From NCBI GenBank assembly GCA_965248535.1, contig CBDFJR010000002.1:800001-864000 (forward strand): a stretch of DNA of 64,000 nt, written 5' to 3'. The stretch's first letter is position 1. Each line of letters opens with the position of its first letter. A program made the translations under genes and the position numbers. Origin of the DNA: Phormidesmis sp. GTDB lineage: Bacteria; Cyanobacteriota; Cyanobacteriia; Leptolyngbyales; Leptolyngbyaceae. Positions 40,601 through 50,413 of this stretch are shown here, piece by piece. The notes under the pieces are model-generated. The model saw only the letters and a program-made list of their open reading frames with translations. It was not told the DNA's origin and ran no database searches.

Positions 40601-40946
40601 GAGCAACGCGATTGATGCGTTAGACGAGTCATTAGCCAGCGAAAAAATGAGGCGAGCGCCCGGAAAACCTGCTCTGACTCCGACGATCACGATTCACACC
40701 GCTTTGTTAGATGATCAACAGATTGCTATTCAAATCTCAGACAATGGGGTAGGTGTTCCCGATTCGGTCAAGCAGCGATTGTTTGATCCTTTCTTCACCA
40801 CAAAGCCTGTGGGCAAAGGCACGGGGATGGGGCTTTCTATCAGCTATCAGGTGGTGACTGAGAAACACAAAGGCACATTGCACTGTGTTTCTGCCTTAGG
40901 GCAGGGAGCCACCTTTATCGTCACCATTCCAACTCGGCAGGGTTGA
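34668..40946 (+). CDS. Hybrid Ser/Thr kinase - AAA ATPase - GAF - 2xPAS - histidine kinase (HstK-like)
   Basis: Motifs HKDIKPDN, GTLAYLSPEQTGRMNR and Walker A GFSGVGKT; GAF (YLENN); PAS/PAC; H-box VAHEINNP; FDPFFTTKPVGKGTGMGL. Confidence 0.93.
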   Translation: MPTCSPIAPLGYQITDQLYAGSRTLVHRAVREVDQQPVVIKRLRNECPSFNELVQFRNQYTIAKNLDSPGIVKPCSLEPCGSGYALVMNDFGGVSLSTYVREQTNNSNSRGLPLADFLAIALQLCDILHELYQQRVIHKDIKPDNILIHSATKQIKLIDFSIASLLPKETPEIQSPTVLEGTLAYLSPEQTGRMNRGIDYRSDFYSLGVTFYELLTGQLPFLSSDPLELIHCHIAQHPVAVDQINPEIASALSAIVNKLMAKNAEDRYQTTFGLKHDLTRCGEQWQQTGTIEFFDIGQRDICDRFLIPEVLYGRESEVQRLLDAFERVSQGNTEVLLVAGFSGVGKTAVVNEVHKPLAKGTGHATVRQRGYFIKGKFDQFQRNIPLSAFVQAFRDLVGQLLSESDAQLEQWKTSILAALGENAQVIIEVIPELECVIGLQPPAPELSGSAAQNRFDRLFQQFIQVFTTPAHPLVIFIDDLQWADAASLNLMRSLMSETATRYLLFIGAYRDNEVTGAHPLMLSLAEMQQSGATVTTLTLAPLPLGSVNQLVADTLSCSLTLALPLTTLIVEKTGGNPFFTTQFLKALYDDRLLTFNSNENYWECEIVQVRALTLTDDVVTFMATQLQKLPTLTQAVLKLAACMGNQFDLSTLAIVAQQPEAEIAANLWKALQEGLVIPQSTVYKFFSNSLEIDDLWPNSVDNFSVTYRFLHDRVQQAAYSLIPDDQKQATHLKIGHLLRQESSEIQRQERIFEIVGHFNLARGLICDRAAHYELAALNLQAGRTAKASAAFESALMFVNLGIHSLPADSWQEHPTLTLALHNLAAEAAYLCSQFERMEQLVAAILQETTQLLDQVSAYEIQILAYLAQSQPQSAIDVALEVLQQFDIRLPKTPTQLQVLLGLAKTKLVLGNKKPGQLINLPTMTDANALAAMRILSSAASAAYICAPQLMPLLVFERINLSVRYGNTALSSFAYAWYGLILCGIVVDIETGYQFGQLALQLLERLNSTDLRAKTLFTTHTFISHWRDRVADTMPALLTAYQSGLDSGDVEYAAWSALVDSYNRYWTGQPLTESEAAMRSFITTIAPFNQKNASLYLQIYHQATLNLLGESSDPGCLSGESYQVAQEIPAQVLANDRTGLFFSYVCQQHLHYLFGQYAESVEKSNLARPYFDNCISSLPTVLHYFYDSLARLALYETATSSERKQILKCLQTNQKKLKKWAHYAPTNYQHKVLLVEAEQCRILGQKAEAIDRYDQAIALAKQHNYLNEAALANELAARFYLDWGKERLAQDYLIDAYYDYARWGAKAKVKDLEQQYSQLLTAILQPEKPSLSAKAPITSGWVSSHSNHLLSTSSRVLAALDLETILKASQSLSSEIELETLLSTWLAIVLENAGADACTLLLLKADQLFVEATAAIDQPSVVLQALPLAESQTVPISLINTVKHSLKPVVIANTAQHEGLMADPYILRQQPKSVLCTPIVHQGNLLGILYLENNLTLGAFSSDRVKLLNLLCAQAAISLENARLYQESQQSLSALSTISARFQRMTENLPGIVYQFRLTPDGSASTPYMSPASLTLLEVSPEDFMTGTQDFRAMEHPDDRPGIERVAAQSAQTLMPFEHLSRYITPSGTMKWIQSFARPEQQPDGSILWDGLKIDVTARVQAECQLQESQQLLQLVLDTIPHRVFWKDLNRVYQGCNSSFAEVAGVGLPINIVGKSDHDLAWTPETADCFRECDRRVMNSNTPELNVVESQIQVNGIPVWLETSKLPLHDADGKVMGLLGVYQNITDRKHAETQLNQRTAELEQTLQELQHTQMQMVQSEKMSGLGQLVAGVAHEINNPVNFIYGNLNHADNYLQDLLMLLNLYQQHYSTPHADIQRAIEAIDLEFLTEDLQKLLTSMKVGADRIQKIVASLRNFSRMDEAAIKEVDIHEGIESTLMILQHRLRDRVNTPNIEIVRAFGELPLIECYAGQLNQVFMNLLSNAIDALDESLASEKMRRAPGKPALTPTITIHTALLDDQQIAIQISDNGVGVPDSVKQRLFDPFFTTKPVGKGTGMGLSISYQVVTEKHKGTLHCVSALGQGATFIVTIPTRQG

Positions 40947-41052
40947 TCACTCTTTTTTGTCGGCTTTGTTGTCGGGTTATGGCAGCAGTTTAGATTCATA
41001 GCACAGGGTCTGGTCTGAGGTATGCTATTGAGGTATAAAGTACCCGATCGGA

Positions 41053-42150
41053 ATGGCTCAGACTGGCTACACTCTACCCGTTTTTGCCGTCGCATCTGCC
41101 AAGGCTGCATGGTTGTGTCTGCTTAATCGGAGCGATCGCCCACTCTCGATCGCCCTCGATCTTTTGCCCGGAACGGCTGACATTCCCATTCAACAAGCGG
41201 CTGTGCTAGACGAAACGAGCGCTCTAGCCGTCACCCTGAGTGAGCCAGGCGACAATCTTGATCTGACTCGCAACACGCCGATTTGGGCCTGGGTAAAAGG
41301 GTCACCGCGACAGTCTCACCCCCTCGTGTTAGAAGCGGGTGAAGGACTCGGACGCACTCTCACAGGCGAAGCGGCCATTTATCGCTATGCGCGGCAATTA
41401 TTTGATGCCAACCTGCTGCCGTTGATTCCAGACGATCGCACCCTCACCGTGCGAATTATTTTGCCCGAAGGTCGGCAGTTAGCGCAACGCACGTCTAACG
41501 AGGCATTCGGCGTTTTAGAAGGCTTATCGCTGTTGGGAACTAGTGGCATTTCTAAACCGCTATCAGCCGCCGATCATCTTGAAAACTTTCGGGTGATCTT
41601 GCAGCAAAAAGTGAGTGAGTCGCCTAATTTAGTGTTTTGCATTGGCAGCAATGGTCAGCAGGTTGCCCAACGGTTAAACATTCCCGATCGGGCGATCGTG
41701 CCCACCGGAAACTGGCTCGGTGCGCTGCTGGTCGAAGCGGGGTTAGGTCAAGCGCAATCGGTCTTGCTGTTGGGCTATCAAGGCAAACTGATCAAGCTAG
41801 CAGGCGGAATCTTCAACACATCTAGTCATCTAGCCGATGCAAAGCTAGAAATTATCAGTGCGGCTGTCTTACGATCGGGGGGCAGTTTGGCGGCGGCGCA
41901 AGCCGTGCTCAATGCCAAGACAGCCGATGAGGCTCATCAGCAACTCAGCAGATTGGGATTGACTGATCCGGTGTTTTCTTATCTGGCAGCGTTAGTCAGC
42001 CAAAAAGCGGTGCAGTATGTCAAAAAATATGCCGATGCCTCGCTCAAAGTGGGAACATTTTTGTTTGATCGCCAAGGACAATGTATTGCCCAAGACGCGA
42101 TCGCTCCAGCCTTAATTAGCGCCCTCTCTTCTCCTAGAGATTTGTTATAA
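41053..42150 (+). CDS. cbiD: Cobalt-precorrin-5B C1-methyltransferase
   Basis: Motifs GYTLPVFAVASAKAA, EPGDNLDLT, RTSNEAFGVLEGLSLLGTSG and GKLIKLAGGIFNT. Confidence 0.93.
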   Translation: MAQTGYTLPVFAVASAKAAWLCLLNRSDRPLSIALDLLPGTADIPIQQAAVLDETSALAVTLSEPGDNLDLTRNTPIWAWVKGSPRQSHPLVLEAGEGLGRTLTGEAAIYRYARQLFDANLLPLIPDDRTLTVRIILPEGRQLAQRTSNEAFGVLEGLSLLGTSGISKPLSAADHLENFRVILQQKVSESPNLVFCIGSNGQQVAQRLNIPDRAIVPTGNWLGALLVEAGLGQAQSVLLLGYQGKLIKLAGGIFNTSSHLADAKLEIISAAVLRSGGSLAAAQAVLNAKTADEAHQQLSRLGLTDPVFSYLAALVSQKAVQYVKKYADASLKVGTFLFDRQGQCIAQDAIAPALISALSSPRDLL

Positions 42151-42429
42151 ACATCGTTCTCTGGTTAGATCAGTCAAGACTCGACTCTATTCCAGATGGA
42201 GACTAGGTTTTCTGACTTTTGGAATAAGAAAAAAAGGTTTATCTAAACTACCATTTTGGAACATCAACAAACTTGATAGTCAATAATGTCGATCGCTGAC
42301 AGAACTAACTCTCAGCTTACACGCGGCTGTTGTGATCTTGTCGGATTGGCGTTTTTTGAGATTTGCGGACTGATTAACGTTCGCGTTTTATTTGATTAGT
42401 GACCTGCATTGATTTCTAGGAGATTTAGA

Positions 42430-42810
42430 ATGAGTCAGATTAAGCAATGGTTCCGCACAGGTGGATTTCGGGCGATCGTGACGCTGGCTTTAGCCGTGGT
42501 GATGGTTCTATCAGTTCCTGCATTTGGATTAGGACTACGATCGGCACAGGCCGCCTCTCTCACTGATCAAACCAGTTCCGATAAAGCTATCATTCAAAAA
42601 ATTCAGCAAGATGCTGAAGACTTGGGCGATAGCCCCGATCGTCCGATCGGTCAAACGGGGTTAAAGAACCTCAAAAAGCTGGGAGAAAACATCAAAGAAA
42701 CGGTTGATCTCAACGTCAGACAAAAGGGTGCAATTTATAACCCCAAAGAGTCAGATAAGTTAGAAGCCCTCAAAGAAGCGCAAGCTGAAGCCGAAAGCGC
42801 TGCAAAATAG
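42430..42810 (+). CDS. Small exported hypothetical protein
   Basis: Signal peptide-like N-terminus and a Lys/Glu-rich helical body. RBS AGGAG. Confidence 0.65.
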   Translation: MSQIKQWFRTGGFRAIVTLALAVVMVLSVPAFGLGLRSAQAASLTDQTSSDKAIIQKIQQDAEDLGDSPDRPIGQTGLKNLKKLGENIKETVDLNVRQKGAIYNPKESDKLEALKEAQAEAESAAK

Positions 42811-42831
42811 CCCCTCATCACGATTAACGTC

Positions 42832-42853
42832 AGGGCATAGCATTGCTGTGCCC
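42832..42853. terminator. REP-family hairpin followed by a T-tract; probable terminator
   Basis: agggcatagcattgctgtgccc followed by attttt. Confidence 0.5.
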
Positions 42854-43240
42854 ATTTTTATGCCCGTCAGCGATCGGACTTAAATTGCCTTAAATCTATG
42901 ATCAGTTGTCCTGATCTGTAATAGTTGCATAAAGGTTCTGTCACCCTACTCTTTTTCCTACCACAGCAAAGCTACGGAACTCTGTCTCCTCGCAAATTTT
43001 GCGATCACCTGAGTCAGTAGACTCAGATAAGCGGTCTAAACCTGCCTCCTCACAAGGGTTTTACACAACTTTGTTAGGGTCGTCGATCGCCGAGTCAATG
43101 TCATAAACGAGAGTCTCGATCGTGCCCAAGCATCGCTAATCTACGGTTGACAAAAAAACCTAACTCCGTGTTTCTACGCTTCTCTGGGTAGACTACCACA
43201 CAGGACTATTAAGTTCATGTAAACTCCCCCGAAACTGACA

Positions 43241-46200
43241 TTGCTGAAACTCATCCACGTTTGGAAGTTAAATTTGGGACTGGCTAGTTCGCTCACTCAA
43301 AGCGGTCTATTGTCCAGCATCCTGGTAGTCTTAGCGGCTGAGGTTGGAGGTCTAAGCGGGGCCTTTGGGGTGATGTCTATCTTGCTCTGCGCGCTCCTGT
43401 GGCAAGCTGCCTGGCTATCAGAGCAACGCAAACGGATGCGCCGTGAGGCAGAGCTAAAACCGCAAGAGCTAGACTATCGCTTTCACCAGATATTTGACCA
43501 CGCTCCCTTTGTGGTGCAGCGATATGCCCCCGATGGCACCCATCGCCAGACCAATAAAGTATGGGAGACAGTTTGGGGCTGCTCTCGTGATGGGTTGGTC
43601 GGCTATAACGTGCTCCAAGACAAACAGGCCATAGCGCTGGGACATTTGCCCTTCCTCCAACGGGCGTTTGCAGGAGACACCGTGACGCTGCCGATGATGT
43701 TTTATGACCCCGCTCTCAACGGCTATGAGGGGCGATGCCGATGGCTAGAGGGGTCGGCCTACGCGATCAAAAACCAGCAGGGTGAGGTCAAAGAAGTCGT
43801 TTTAATCACCAAAGATGTCACCGATCGCCATCAACTCGAAGCCACCCTCAGCCAGCAGGCGCGCCTAATCGCGGTGCAGCAAGAAATTGCTCAAAAAAGC
43901 CTAAACCTAAACGAGAGCCTGGCTTTGATGGTCGATCGCACCCAACAACTTACTCGCGCAGAAGGGGCTGCGATCGAGATCAGAGAAGGAGATGAGCTAG
44001 TCTACCGGGCAGCCAGTGGTTCGGGTGCTTCCCAGGTCGGGCTACGGCTCAAACTAGCAGCGAGTCTCTCAGGGCGATGTGTTGAGACGAGCAAACTGAT
44101 CTACTGCCACGACACCGAAGCCGACCCCAGAGTGGATATTGCGGCCTGTCGTCGGATGGGAATTCGGTCTATGGCGGTTGTGCCTTTGTTGCAAGAAGGC
44201 AGCGTTTTTGGGGTGCTGAAAGTGTTTTCAGCCATGACCCACGCTTTCACCGAGCAAAACCTTCAGACTTTACAACTCATGGCCGGGTTTCTGGCAAACA
44301 CCCTAGAGCTAGCGACCGCGTTTCAAGCTCAAGAAAAGCTCCTTCTCGATTTGCAGGCGAGCGAAGAGCGCTATGCATCGGTGATTGCGGCGATGGCAGA
44401 GGGCGTGACCCTGCAAGACACAGAAGGAGTCATTTGTGCTAGCAATAGCAGCGCCGAGCGAATTTTGGGCTTGTCTGCCGACCAAATGATGGGGCGATCC
44501 TCTCTCGATCCGCGGTGGCATACGATTTATGAAGACGGCTCCTTGTTTCCGGGCGACCAGCATCCGGCTATGGTGACGCTTCGCACTGGAGAGCCTTGCC
44601 GCAACGTGACCATGGGCGTGGCTAAACCCGACGATCGCCTAACGTGGATCTCAATCAACACTCAACCGTTGTTTTATGCAGGCGAGGCGTTGCCCTATGC
44701 AGTAGTGGCCTCGTTTTCTGACATCACAGAACGCAGGCAAGCCGAAGCGCAGGTCAAACTGCTGCAATCGCTGGCCCTCAAAATCGGCGAGTCTAGAGAT
44801 TTTGATGCAGCCTTGACCGAGGTTTTGCAGTGGGTGTGCAAAACGGGTTGGAGCTATGGAGAGGCCTGGATTCCTTGCGCTGAAAGCTATGCTCTCCAGT
44901 GCAGTCCTGCCTATTACATCAACTGTGAGGAGGATACACAGCAGCTAGTTCAGCTTCGGGCCTTTAGGGCAGTGAGTGAGCGATTCTGCTTTCCGTTTGG
45001 GGTAGGCATTCCCGGACGCGTGTGGGCTGCTCAAAAACCAGAGTGGCAGAAAAACGTTTCGCATCAGGCAGAAGAGTGTTTTCTGCGGCAAACGATCGCG
45101 CTTCAGAGCGGCATCAAAACGGGATTCGGCATCCCGGTTGTGGTGAATCAACAAGTACTAGCAGTGCTGATCTTCTTCAAATCAGCAGCCGTTGATGAAG
45201 ACCCACGGTTGCTAAATAGCTTGGTGGCGATCGCGACTCAGTTAGGCTCAATGCTGCAACGCAGACAGACCGAAGATGCCCTACAGGAGAGTGAATCGCG
45301 CTTCCAAACGTTTATGAACCATAGCCCGGCTGTCGCCTTTATGAAGGATGAATTAGGGCGCTATGTCTATGCCAATCAGTCTCTTGAGCGCGTGTTTAAT
45401 GTCAAGCTGTCCGATTTAAAAGGCAAGACAGATTTTGATTGGCTCCCCGAAGAGGTCGCTAGACAGGTACGCGAAAACGATGCCATCGTGCGGGCAACTG
45501 GAGAACCCGTAGAAGTGCTAGAAACCGTTCCGATGTCCGACGGTAATCATCACTATTGGCTAGTCAATAAGTTCCCTTTTCAAGATGCTGCGGGGCGAAC
45601 CTATGTGGGTGGTATTGCCGTTGATATCACTGATCGCCAACAAATGGAGCAAGAACTGTTCCAAGAAAAAGAGTTGGCTCAGGTGACGCTGCAATCGATC
45701 GGGGATGCCGTGATCACGACCGATGCGGCGGGCAAGATTGTCTACTTTAACCCGGTTGCCGAAGCGCTGACGGGTTGGAGTCAACCAGAAGCCCAAGGGT
45801 TGCCGCTGCTAGAGGTGTTTAACATTGTCAACGAGACGACGCGAGAGCCTGTGCAAAACCCGATCGCCAAGGCGCTGAGGGAAGGGCGAATTGTCGGGTT
45901 AGCCAACCATACTGTTTTGATTGCGCGAGATGGGCGGGAAATTGCGATCGAAGATTCGGCCGCCCCGATCCGCGATCGCCAAGGGGAGATTGTCGGCGCA
46001 GTGATGGTGTTTCATGATGTCACTCAAAATCGCACCCTTTCACGACAGCTATCTTGGCAGGCTACCCACGACGTTTTAACCGGATTGGTGAATCGGGCTG
46101 AGTTTGAGCGCCGGGTTGAACAAGCCTTGAGCAGTGCCCGATCGGATCACCAGAGTCATGCTTTGTGCTATCTCGATCTCGATCGCTTCAAGATTGTAAA

Positions 46201-47326
46201 TGATACCTGTGGTCATGCGGCAGGAGATGAATTGTTGCGTCAAATTACCGCCTTGCTGCAAGAAAAGATTCGCAAAACCGATCTGCTGGCGCGCATTGGC
46301 GGCGACGAGTTTGGGGTGTTGCTCAGTCAGTGCACTCTAGAGCAAGCCCTGCGAATTGCCAATGAACTGCGGGAGACTGTCCACACGTTCCGGTTTTTTT
46401 GGGAAGGGCAATCTTTTACGATCGGGGCCAGCATCGGTCTAGTCAGCCTTGATTTTAACAGTGAGGGGTTGGCAGAGATTATGAGCGCGGCTGATGCGGC
46501 TTGCTACACGGCCAAAAATCGCGGGCGCAATCGGGTTTATGTGATTCAAGCCGATGATCAAGAGTTGCGGCAGCAGCGCGGCGAGATGCAGTGGGTCAGC
46601 CGCATTGCTCAAGCGTTAGAGAACGATCGCTTCTGTCTCTATGCTCAACCTATTGCCTCGATCACGGCTGCCGCGCAAAATGGTGACCATTATGAAGTGT
46701 TGCTCCGCCTTCGCGATGAGCAAGACAATTTGGTGCCCCCGATGGCGTTTATTCCCGCAGCAGAACGCTATAACTTAATGCACTTGATCGATCGCTGGGT
46801 GATTCGCAGGTTGTTTAAAGATTGGGACAAAGTGGTGAACAGCGATCGCAGTATCTATGCCGTTAATCTCTCTGGCTCTAGCATTAACGATGACGAATTC
46901 ATCGATTTTTTGCATGAACAGTTTGCTTCTTACCCGATCTCACCCCGACAAATTTGTTTTGAGATTACTGAAACGGTTGCTATCTCTAACTTGGCCAAAG
47001 CCAGCCAATTCATTCAAGACCTGCAACAGTTGGGGTGTCGCTTTGCTCTTGATGATTTTGGGGCGGGGATGTCATCGTTTGCCTACCTCAAATCGCTTCC
47101 GGTCGATTATCTCAAAATTGATGGGGTCTTTATTCGCAATATTCTTGAAAATTCTGTAGACGATGCGATCGTGGCGGCCATTGTGCACATTGGCACCGTG
47201 ATGGGCATTCGCACGATCGCCGAGTTTGTTGAAAACGATGCTATTTTAGAACGCATTACGACCCTCGGTGTTGACTATGCTCAAGGCTATGGAATCGCTA
47301 AACCCAGCATTCTCGTCGCTCTCTGA
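43241..47326 (+). CDS. PAS/GAF sensor with diguanylate cyclase (GGDEF) and phosphodiesterase (EAL) domains
   Basis: 4 PAS and 2 GAF regions; motifs ARIGGDEF, EVLLRL, FALDDFG and YAQGY. The start is uncertain (TTG). Confidence 0.92.
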   Translation: MLKLIHVWKLNLGLASSLTQSGLLSSILVVLAAEVGGLSGAFGVMSILLCALLWQAAWLSEQRKRMRREAELKPQELDYRFHQIFDHAPFVVQRYAPDGTHRQTNKVWETVWGCSRDGLVGYNVLQDKQAIALGHLPFLQRAFAGDTVTLPMMFYDPALNGYEGRCRWLEGSAYAIKNQQGEVKEVVLITKDVTDRHQLEATLSQQARLIAVQQEIAQKSLNLNESLALMVDRTQQLTRAEGAAIEIREGDELVYRAASGSGASQVGLRLKLAASLSGRCVETSKLIYCHDTEADPRVDIAACRRMGIRSMAVVPLLQEGSVFGVLKVFSAMTHAFTEQNLQTLQLMAGFLANTLELATAFQAQEKLLLDLQASEERYASVIAAMAEGVTLQDTEGVICASNSSAERILGLSADQMMGRSSLDPRWHTIYEDGSLFPGDQHPAMVTLRTGEPCRNVTMGVAKPDDRLTWISINTQPLFYAGEALPYAVVASFSDITERRQAEAQVKLLQSLALKIGESRDFDAALTEVLQWVCKTGWSYGEAWIPCAESYALQCSPAYYINCEEDTQQLVQLRAFRAVSERFCFPFGVGIPGRVWAAQKPEWQKNVSHQAEECFLRQTIALQSGIKTGFGIPVVVNQQVLAVLIFFKSAAVDEDPRLLNSLVAIATQLGSMLQRRQTEDALQESESRFQTFMNHSPAVAFMKDELGRYVYANQSLERVFNVKLSDLKGKTDFDWLPEEVARQVRENDAIVRATGEPVEVLETVPMSDGNHHYWLVNKFPFQDAAGRTYVGGIAVDITDRQQMEQELFQEKELAQVTLQSIGDAVITTDAAGKIVYFNPVAEALTGWSQPEAQGLPLLEVFNIVNETTREPVQNPIAKALREGRIVGLANHTVLIARDGREIAIEDSAAPIRDRQGEIVGAVMVFHDVTQNRTLSRQLSWQATHDVLTGLVNRAEFERRVEQALSSARSDHQSHALCYLDLDRFKIVNDTCGHAAGDELLRQITALLQEKIRKTDLLARIGGDEFGVLLSQCTLEQALRIANELRETVHTFRFFWEGQSFTIGASIGLVSLDFNSEGLAEIMSAADAACYTAKNRGRNRVYVIQADDQELRQQRGEMQWVSRIAQALENDRFCLYAQPIASITAAAQNGDHYEVLLRLRDEQDNLVPPMAFIPAAERYNLMHLIDRWVIRRLFKDWDKVVNSDRSIYAVNLSGSSINDDEFIDFLHEQFASYPISPRQICFEITETVAISNLAKASQFIQDLQQLGCRFALDDFGAGMSSFAYLKSLPVDYLKIDGVFIRNILENSVDDAIVAAIVHIGTVMGIRTIAEFVENDAILERITTLGVDYAQGYGIAKPSILVAL

Positions 47327-47340
47327 CCGCAGCGCTAGGC

Positions 47341-47757
47341 CTATTCTGTTTGCTCAATGATCGGGCAAATGGTGTCCGCAGAGGTTTCAGACGGCAACGT
47401 TGAGCTACAGAGAAGCGCTTCTAACTCGTGTTTAAGATGTTGTAGCTGCTGAATTTGGCGATCGACCTCCACCAATTTGCTTTTTAGCTTGAGTTGCACC
47501 TGATCACAGGGCAATTCACCCTGATCGTGAATCGTTAAAAACTCTTGGATCTCGGCCAGGCTTAACCCTAGGCTTTGAGACCGTTTGATAAAGGTCAGGC
47601 GAGAAAACACGTCAGGGCTAAACAATCTAAATCCGCCCTCGGTTCTGCCTGTGGTTTTGAGTAACCCTAGCCCTTCATAATAGCGAATGGTCTTAACGGG
47701 AATTCCGCTCTTTCGAGCCACTGACCCGATGAGTTTTGTGTCTTCTTGAGCGACCAT
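47341..47757 (-). CDS. MerR-family heavy-metal-responsive transcriptional regulator
   Basis: Motifs IGSVARKSGIPVKTIRYYE, RTEGGFRLF and LGLSLAEI; Cys residues in LPCDQV and ICPII. Confidence 0.92.
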   Translation of the reverse strand: MVAQEDTKLIGSVARKSGIPVKTIRYYEGLGLLKTTGRTEGGFRLFSPDVFSRLTFIKRSQSLGLSLAEIQEFLTIHDQGELPCDQVQLKLKSKLVEVDRQIQQLQHLKHELEALLCSSTLPSETSADTICPIIEQTE

Positions 47758-47838
47758 GATGACCTCCTAGTTTGGTCTGACCTTGGCTTGATCGACGATC
47801 GCGCTGCTGTTGGGTTGTTAGCGATCGTGATTGAAAGT

Positions 47839-49242
47839 TTAAATCAAGTCGCGCACGTCAGTCACTTGACCCATCACCGCCGCTGCCACCACCATCGCCG
47901 GACTCATCAGCAAAGTTCGCCCTGACGACGAGCCTTGACGACCCTTAAAGTTGCGATTTGACGAAGAGGCGCTGAGTTGCCGACCTTGCAGTTTATCGGG
48001 GTTCATCGCCAAACACATTGAGCATCCGGCTTCTCGCCATTCAAAGCCTGCGGTCAAAAAGACTTCGTGCAGCCCTTCGGCTTCGGCCTGTTTTTTTACC
48101 CGCTCAGAGCCAGGAACGATAAAGGCTTTGACCCCGTTGGCAACGTGTCGCCCTTTGGCAAACTTGGCGGCTTCTCGCAAATCGCTGATTCGGCCGTTGG
48201 TGCAACTGCCGACAAAACAGACATCGACTTTAGTGCCCTGAATTGGTTGACCAGGAGCCAGATCCATATAGCGATAGGCTTCTTCAGCGATCGCTCTCTC
48301 ATCTTCTGCGATGCCATCCTGCGTGGGAACTGATTCGTCAACCGCAATGCCTTGACCGGGAGTAATGCCCCAGGTAATAGTGGGTGCAATGCCAGCCGCA
48401 TCGAATACGATCACGTCATCATAAATAGCATCGGCATCGCTACGAATATTATTCCACCACGCGATCGCTGCTTCCCAATCTTCCCCTTTGGGGGCAAAAT
48501 CACGACCTTGTAGATAATCGTAGGTGACCCGATCGGGGTTCACATAGCCACAGCGGGCCCCACCCTCGATCGCCATATTGCAAACGGTCATCCGTTCTTC
48601 CATGTTCATCTGCTCAAAGGTCGTTCCGGCAAACTCATGGGCATAGCCCACACCGCCCTTTACGCCCAGTTTGCGAATGATATGCAAAATCACATCTTTG
48701 GCATAAACGCCAGGTTTTAGAACCCCATTCACCTCGATTTTGCGAACTTTGAGCTTTGAGAGGGATAGGGTTTGCGACGCAAGCACATCTCGCACCTGAC
48801 TAGTGCCAATGCCAAACGCGATCGCGCCAAAGGCCCCATGCGTTGAAGTGTGACTATCTCCACAGGCGATCGTCATTCCAGGCTGGGTCAACCCCTGTTC
48901 GGGGGCGATCACATGCACAATGCCCTGACTGCCCGACCCGACGTTATAGAAGGTGATGCCGTTTTCTTGACAGTTTTTTTCTAACGCTTGCATCATCTCT
49001 TCGGCCAGCGAGTCAGCATAGGGCCGCGCCTGATCTTCAGTCGGGACGATGTGATCTACTGTAGCGATCGTCCGTTCTGGAAACGCCACCCTGAGTCCGC
49101 GTTCTCTCAGCATCGCAAACGCCTGCGGACTGGTGACCTCGTGAATCAGGTGTAGCCCGATAAAAAGCTGAGTCTGACCAGACGGAAGCGTTCCAACGGT
49201 GTGTGCATCCCAAACCTTATCAAACAGCGTCCCTTTACTCAT
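47839..49242 (-). CDS. leuC: 3-isopropylmalate dehydratase large subunit
   Basis: Motifs [40 protein letters not shown] and NRNFKGRQG. Confidence 0.97.
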   Translation of the reverse strand: MSKGTLFDKVWDAHTVGTLPSGQTQLFIGLHLIHEVTSPQAFAMLRERGLRVAFPERTIATVDHIVPTEDQARPYADSLAEEMMQALEKNCQENGITFYNVGSGSQGIVHVIAPEQGLTQPGMTIACGDSHTSTHGAFGAIAFGIGTSQVRDVLASQTLSLSKLKVRKIEVNGVLKPGVYAKDVILHIIRKLGVKGGVGYAHEFAGTTFEQMNMEERMTVCNMAIEGGARCGYVNPDRVTYDYLQGRDFAPKGEDWEAAIAWWNNIRSDADAIYDDVIVFDAAGIAPTITWGITPGQGIAVDESVPTQDGIAEDERAIAEEAYRYMDLAPGQPIQGTKVDVCFVGSCTNGRISDLREAAKFAKGRHVANGVKAFIVPGSERVKKQAEAEGLHEVFLTAGFEWREAGCSMCLAMNPDKLQGRQLSASSSNRNFKGRQGSSSGRTLLMSPAMVVAAAVMGQVTDVRDLI

Positions 49243-49406
49243 GGCGTTTTGTTGTGACTGATACAAAAGCTTAAGTCTAGATTCTACCGCACAAGTTATG
49301 GGGTGCGAGGCGGTTGGTCAGAGATGAATGACGTAGCGACGATCGGATTTTGTAGTACAAAAACTCTCACCACTGTACAATTCCAGTGAGTCAGAGAGGA
49401 ACCGCT

Positions 49407-50009
49407 ATGCGATTGGGTAAAGTAGTCAAATCAAATTCCCACTGTGATTATGTGGTGCAGTTGGATGACGAAATGGATTTTATCGATGCTCCTACAGCCG
49501 ATGACTATGGGTTTGGCACCTTCGTCAAGCTCGAAACCGAGGCACGTCACTGGGCGATCGGCATTGTCTATAATTCTCAACTGCTCAACCCGATGTTTAT
49601 GAACATGGGGCCTCGCCTGTCGAGCGAACCCGATCCGCTTTTTACACCAGATTTGATTAACGAAACTCGGACACTCCTCTGGACGGTGCTGGTCGGCTGC
49701 CTGGATCAACACAACGGCGAATCCTATGGTGTGCAGGGCATTCCGCGGGTGGTGGTGCCTGTGAATACGCCTGTGTCTACGATGACTTCGGCAGAGATTC
49801 ATCAGTTTCATCTCAATCAAGAGCGACGATCGCAGTTTTGTTATTACAGTCATCTGCTTCACTGTGGCGGCACCTTTTCAACGCAACTGACCCACCAAGT
49901 CTTGCAAGAGTTGATCGAGTCAAAACTCTTTAAAGATGCCGAAGAACGTGCTCTGATCGTGCTCTGCAAAGAGTTGTCGTGGAAGAACACAATGGGCGCA
50001 ATGCGTTAA
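49407..50009 (+). CDS. HAS-barrel domain protein
   Basis: MRLGKVVKSNSHCDYVVQ...YGFGTFVK...IGIVYNSQL resembles the cyanobacterial HAS-barrel family. Confidence 0.7.
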   Translation: MRLGKVVKSNSHCDYVVQLDDEMDFIDAPTADDYGFGTFVKLETEARHWAIGIVYNSQLLNPMFMNMGPRLSSEPDPLFTPDLINETRTLLWTVLVGCLDQHNGESYGVQGIPRVVVPVNTPVSTMTSAEIHQFHLNQERRSQFCYYSHLLHCGGTFSTQLTHQVLQELIESKLFKDAEERALIVLCKELSWKNTMGAMR

Positions 50010-50034
50010 GCAGCTATCTCAACCCGCGTTAAAA

Positions 50035-50085
50035 CAAAAAACCCCAGCCGTAAAGCCAGGGTTAATAATCAGGGTGCATCTACCA
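50035..50085 (-). ncRNA. nsiR1: NsiR1-like small RNA, copy A
   Basis: TGGTAGATGCACCCTGATTATTAACCCTGGCTTTACGGCTGGGGTTTTTT: NsiR1-like 5' GGTAGATGCACC plus an intrinsic terminator. Upstream CCCGGA-N17-GAATA. Confidence 0.7.
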
Positions 50086-50208
50086 CTCCTCTATTCCCCA
50101 AACCAGGGACACATCCGGGGATTTTTGAGAAAATTTTCTGCGATCGTGCCCTCTCAACTCTGCTTTAATTCTCAATCCCCTGCTTTAATTCTCAACCCCC
50201 TTTAAACA

Positions 50209-50259
50209 CAAAAAACCCCAGCCGTGAAGCCAGGGTTAATAATCAGGGTGCATCTACCA
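50209..50259 (-). ncRNA. nsiR1: NsiR1-like small RNA, copy B
   Basis: Near-identical to copy A (one loop change). Upstream CCCGGA-N17-GAATA. Confidence 0.7.
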
Positions 50260-50362
50260 CTCCTCTATTCCCCAAACCAGGGACACATCCGGGGATTTTT
50301 GAGAAAATTTTCTGCGATCGCGCCCTCTCAACTCTGCTTTAATTCTCAACTCCCTTTAGACA

Positions 50363-50413
50363 CAAAAAACCCCAGCCGTAAAGCCAGGGTTAATAATCAG
50401 GGTGCATCTACCA
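50363..50413 (-). ncRNA. nsiR1: NsiR1-like small RNA, copy C
   Basis: Identical core. Perfect DIF1 hexamer TCCGGA at 50443-50448, N18 before GAATA. Confidence 0.72.

Noticed and set aside
40947..41052. Cobalamin riboswitch upstream of cbiD
   Set aside because: The intergenic region is only about 105 bp and no B12-box was seen.
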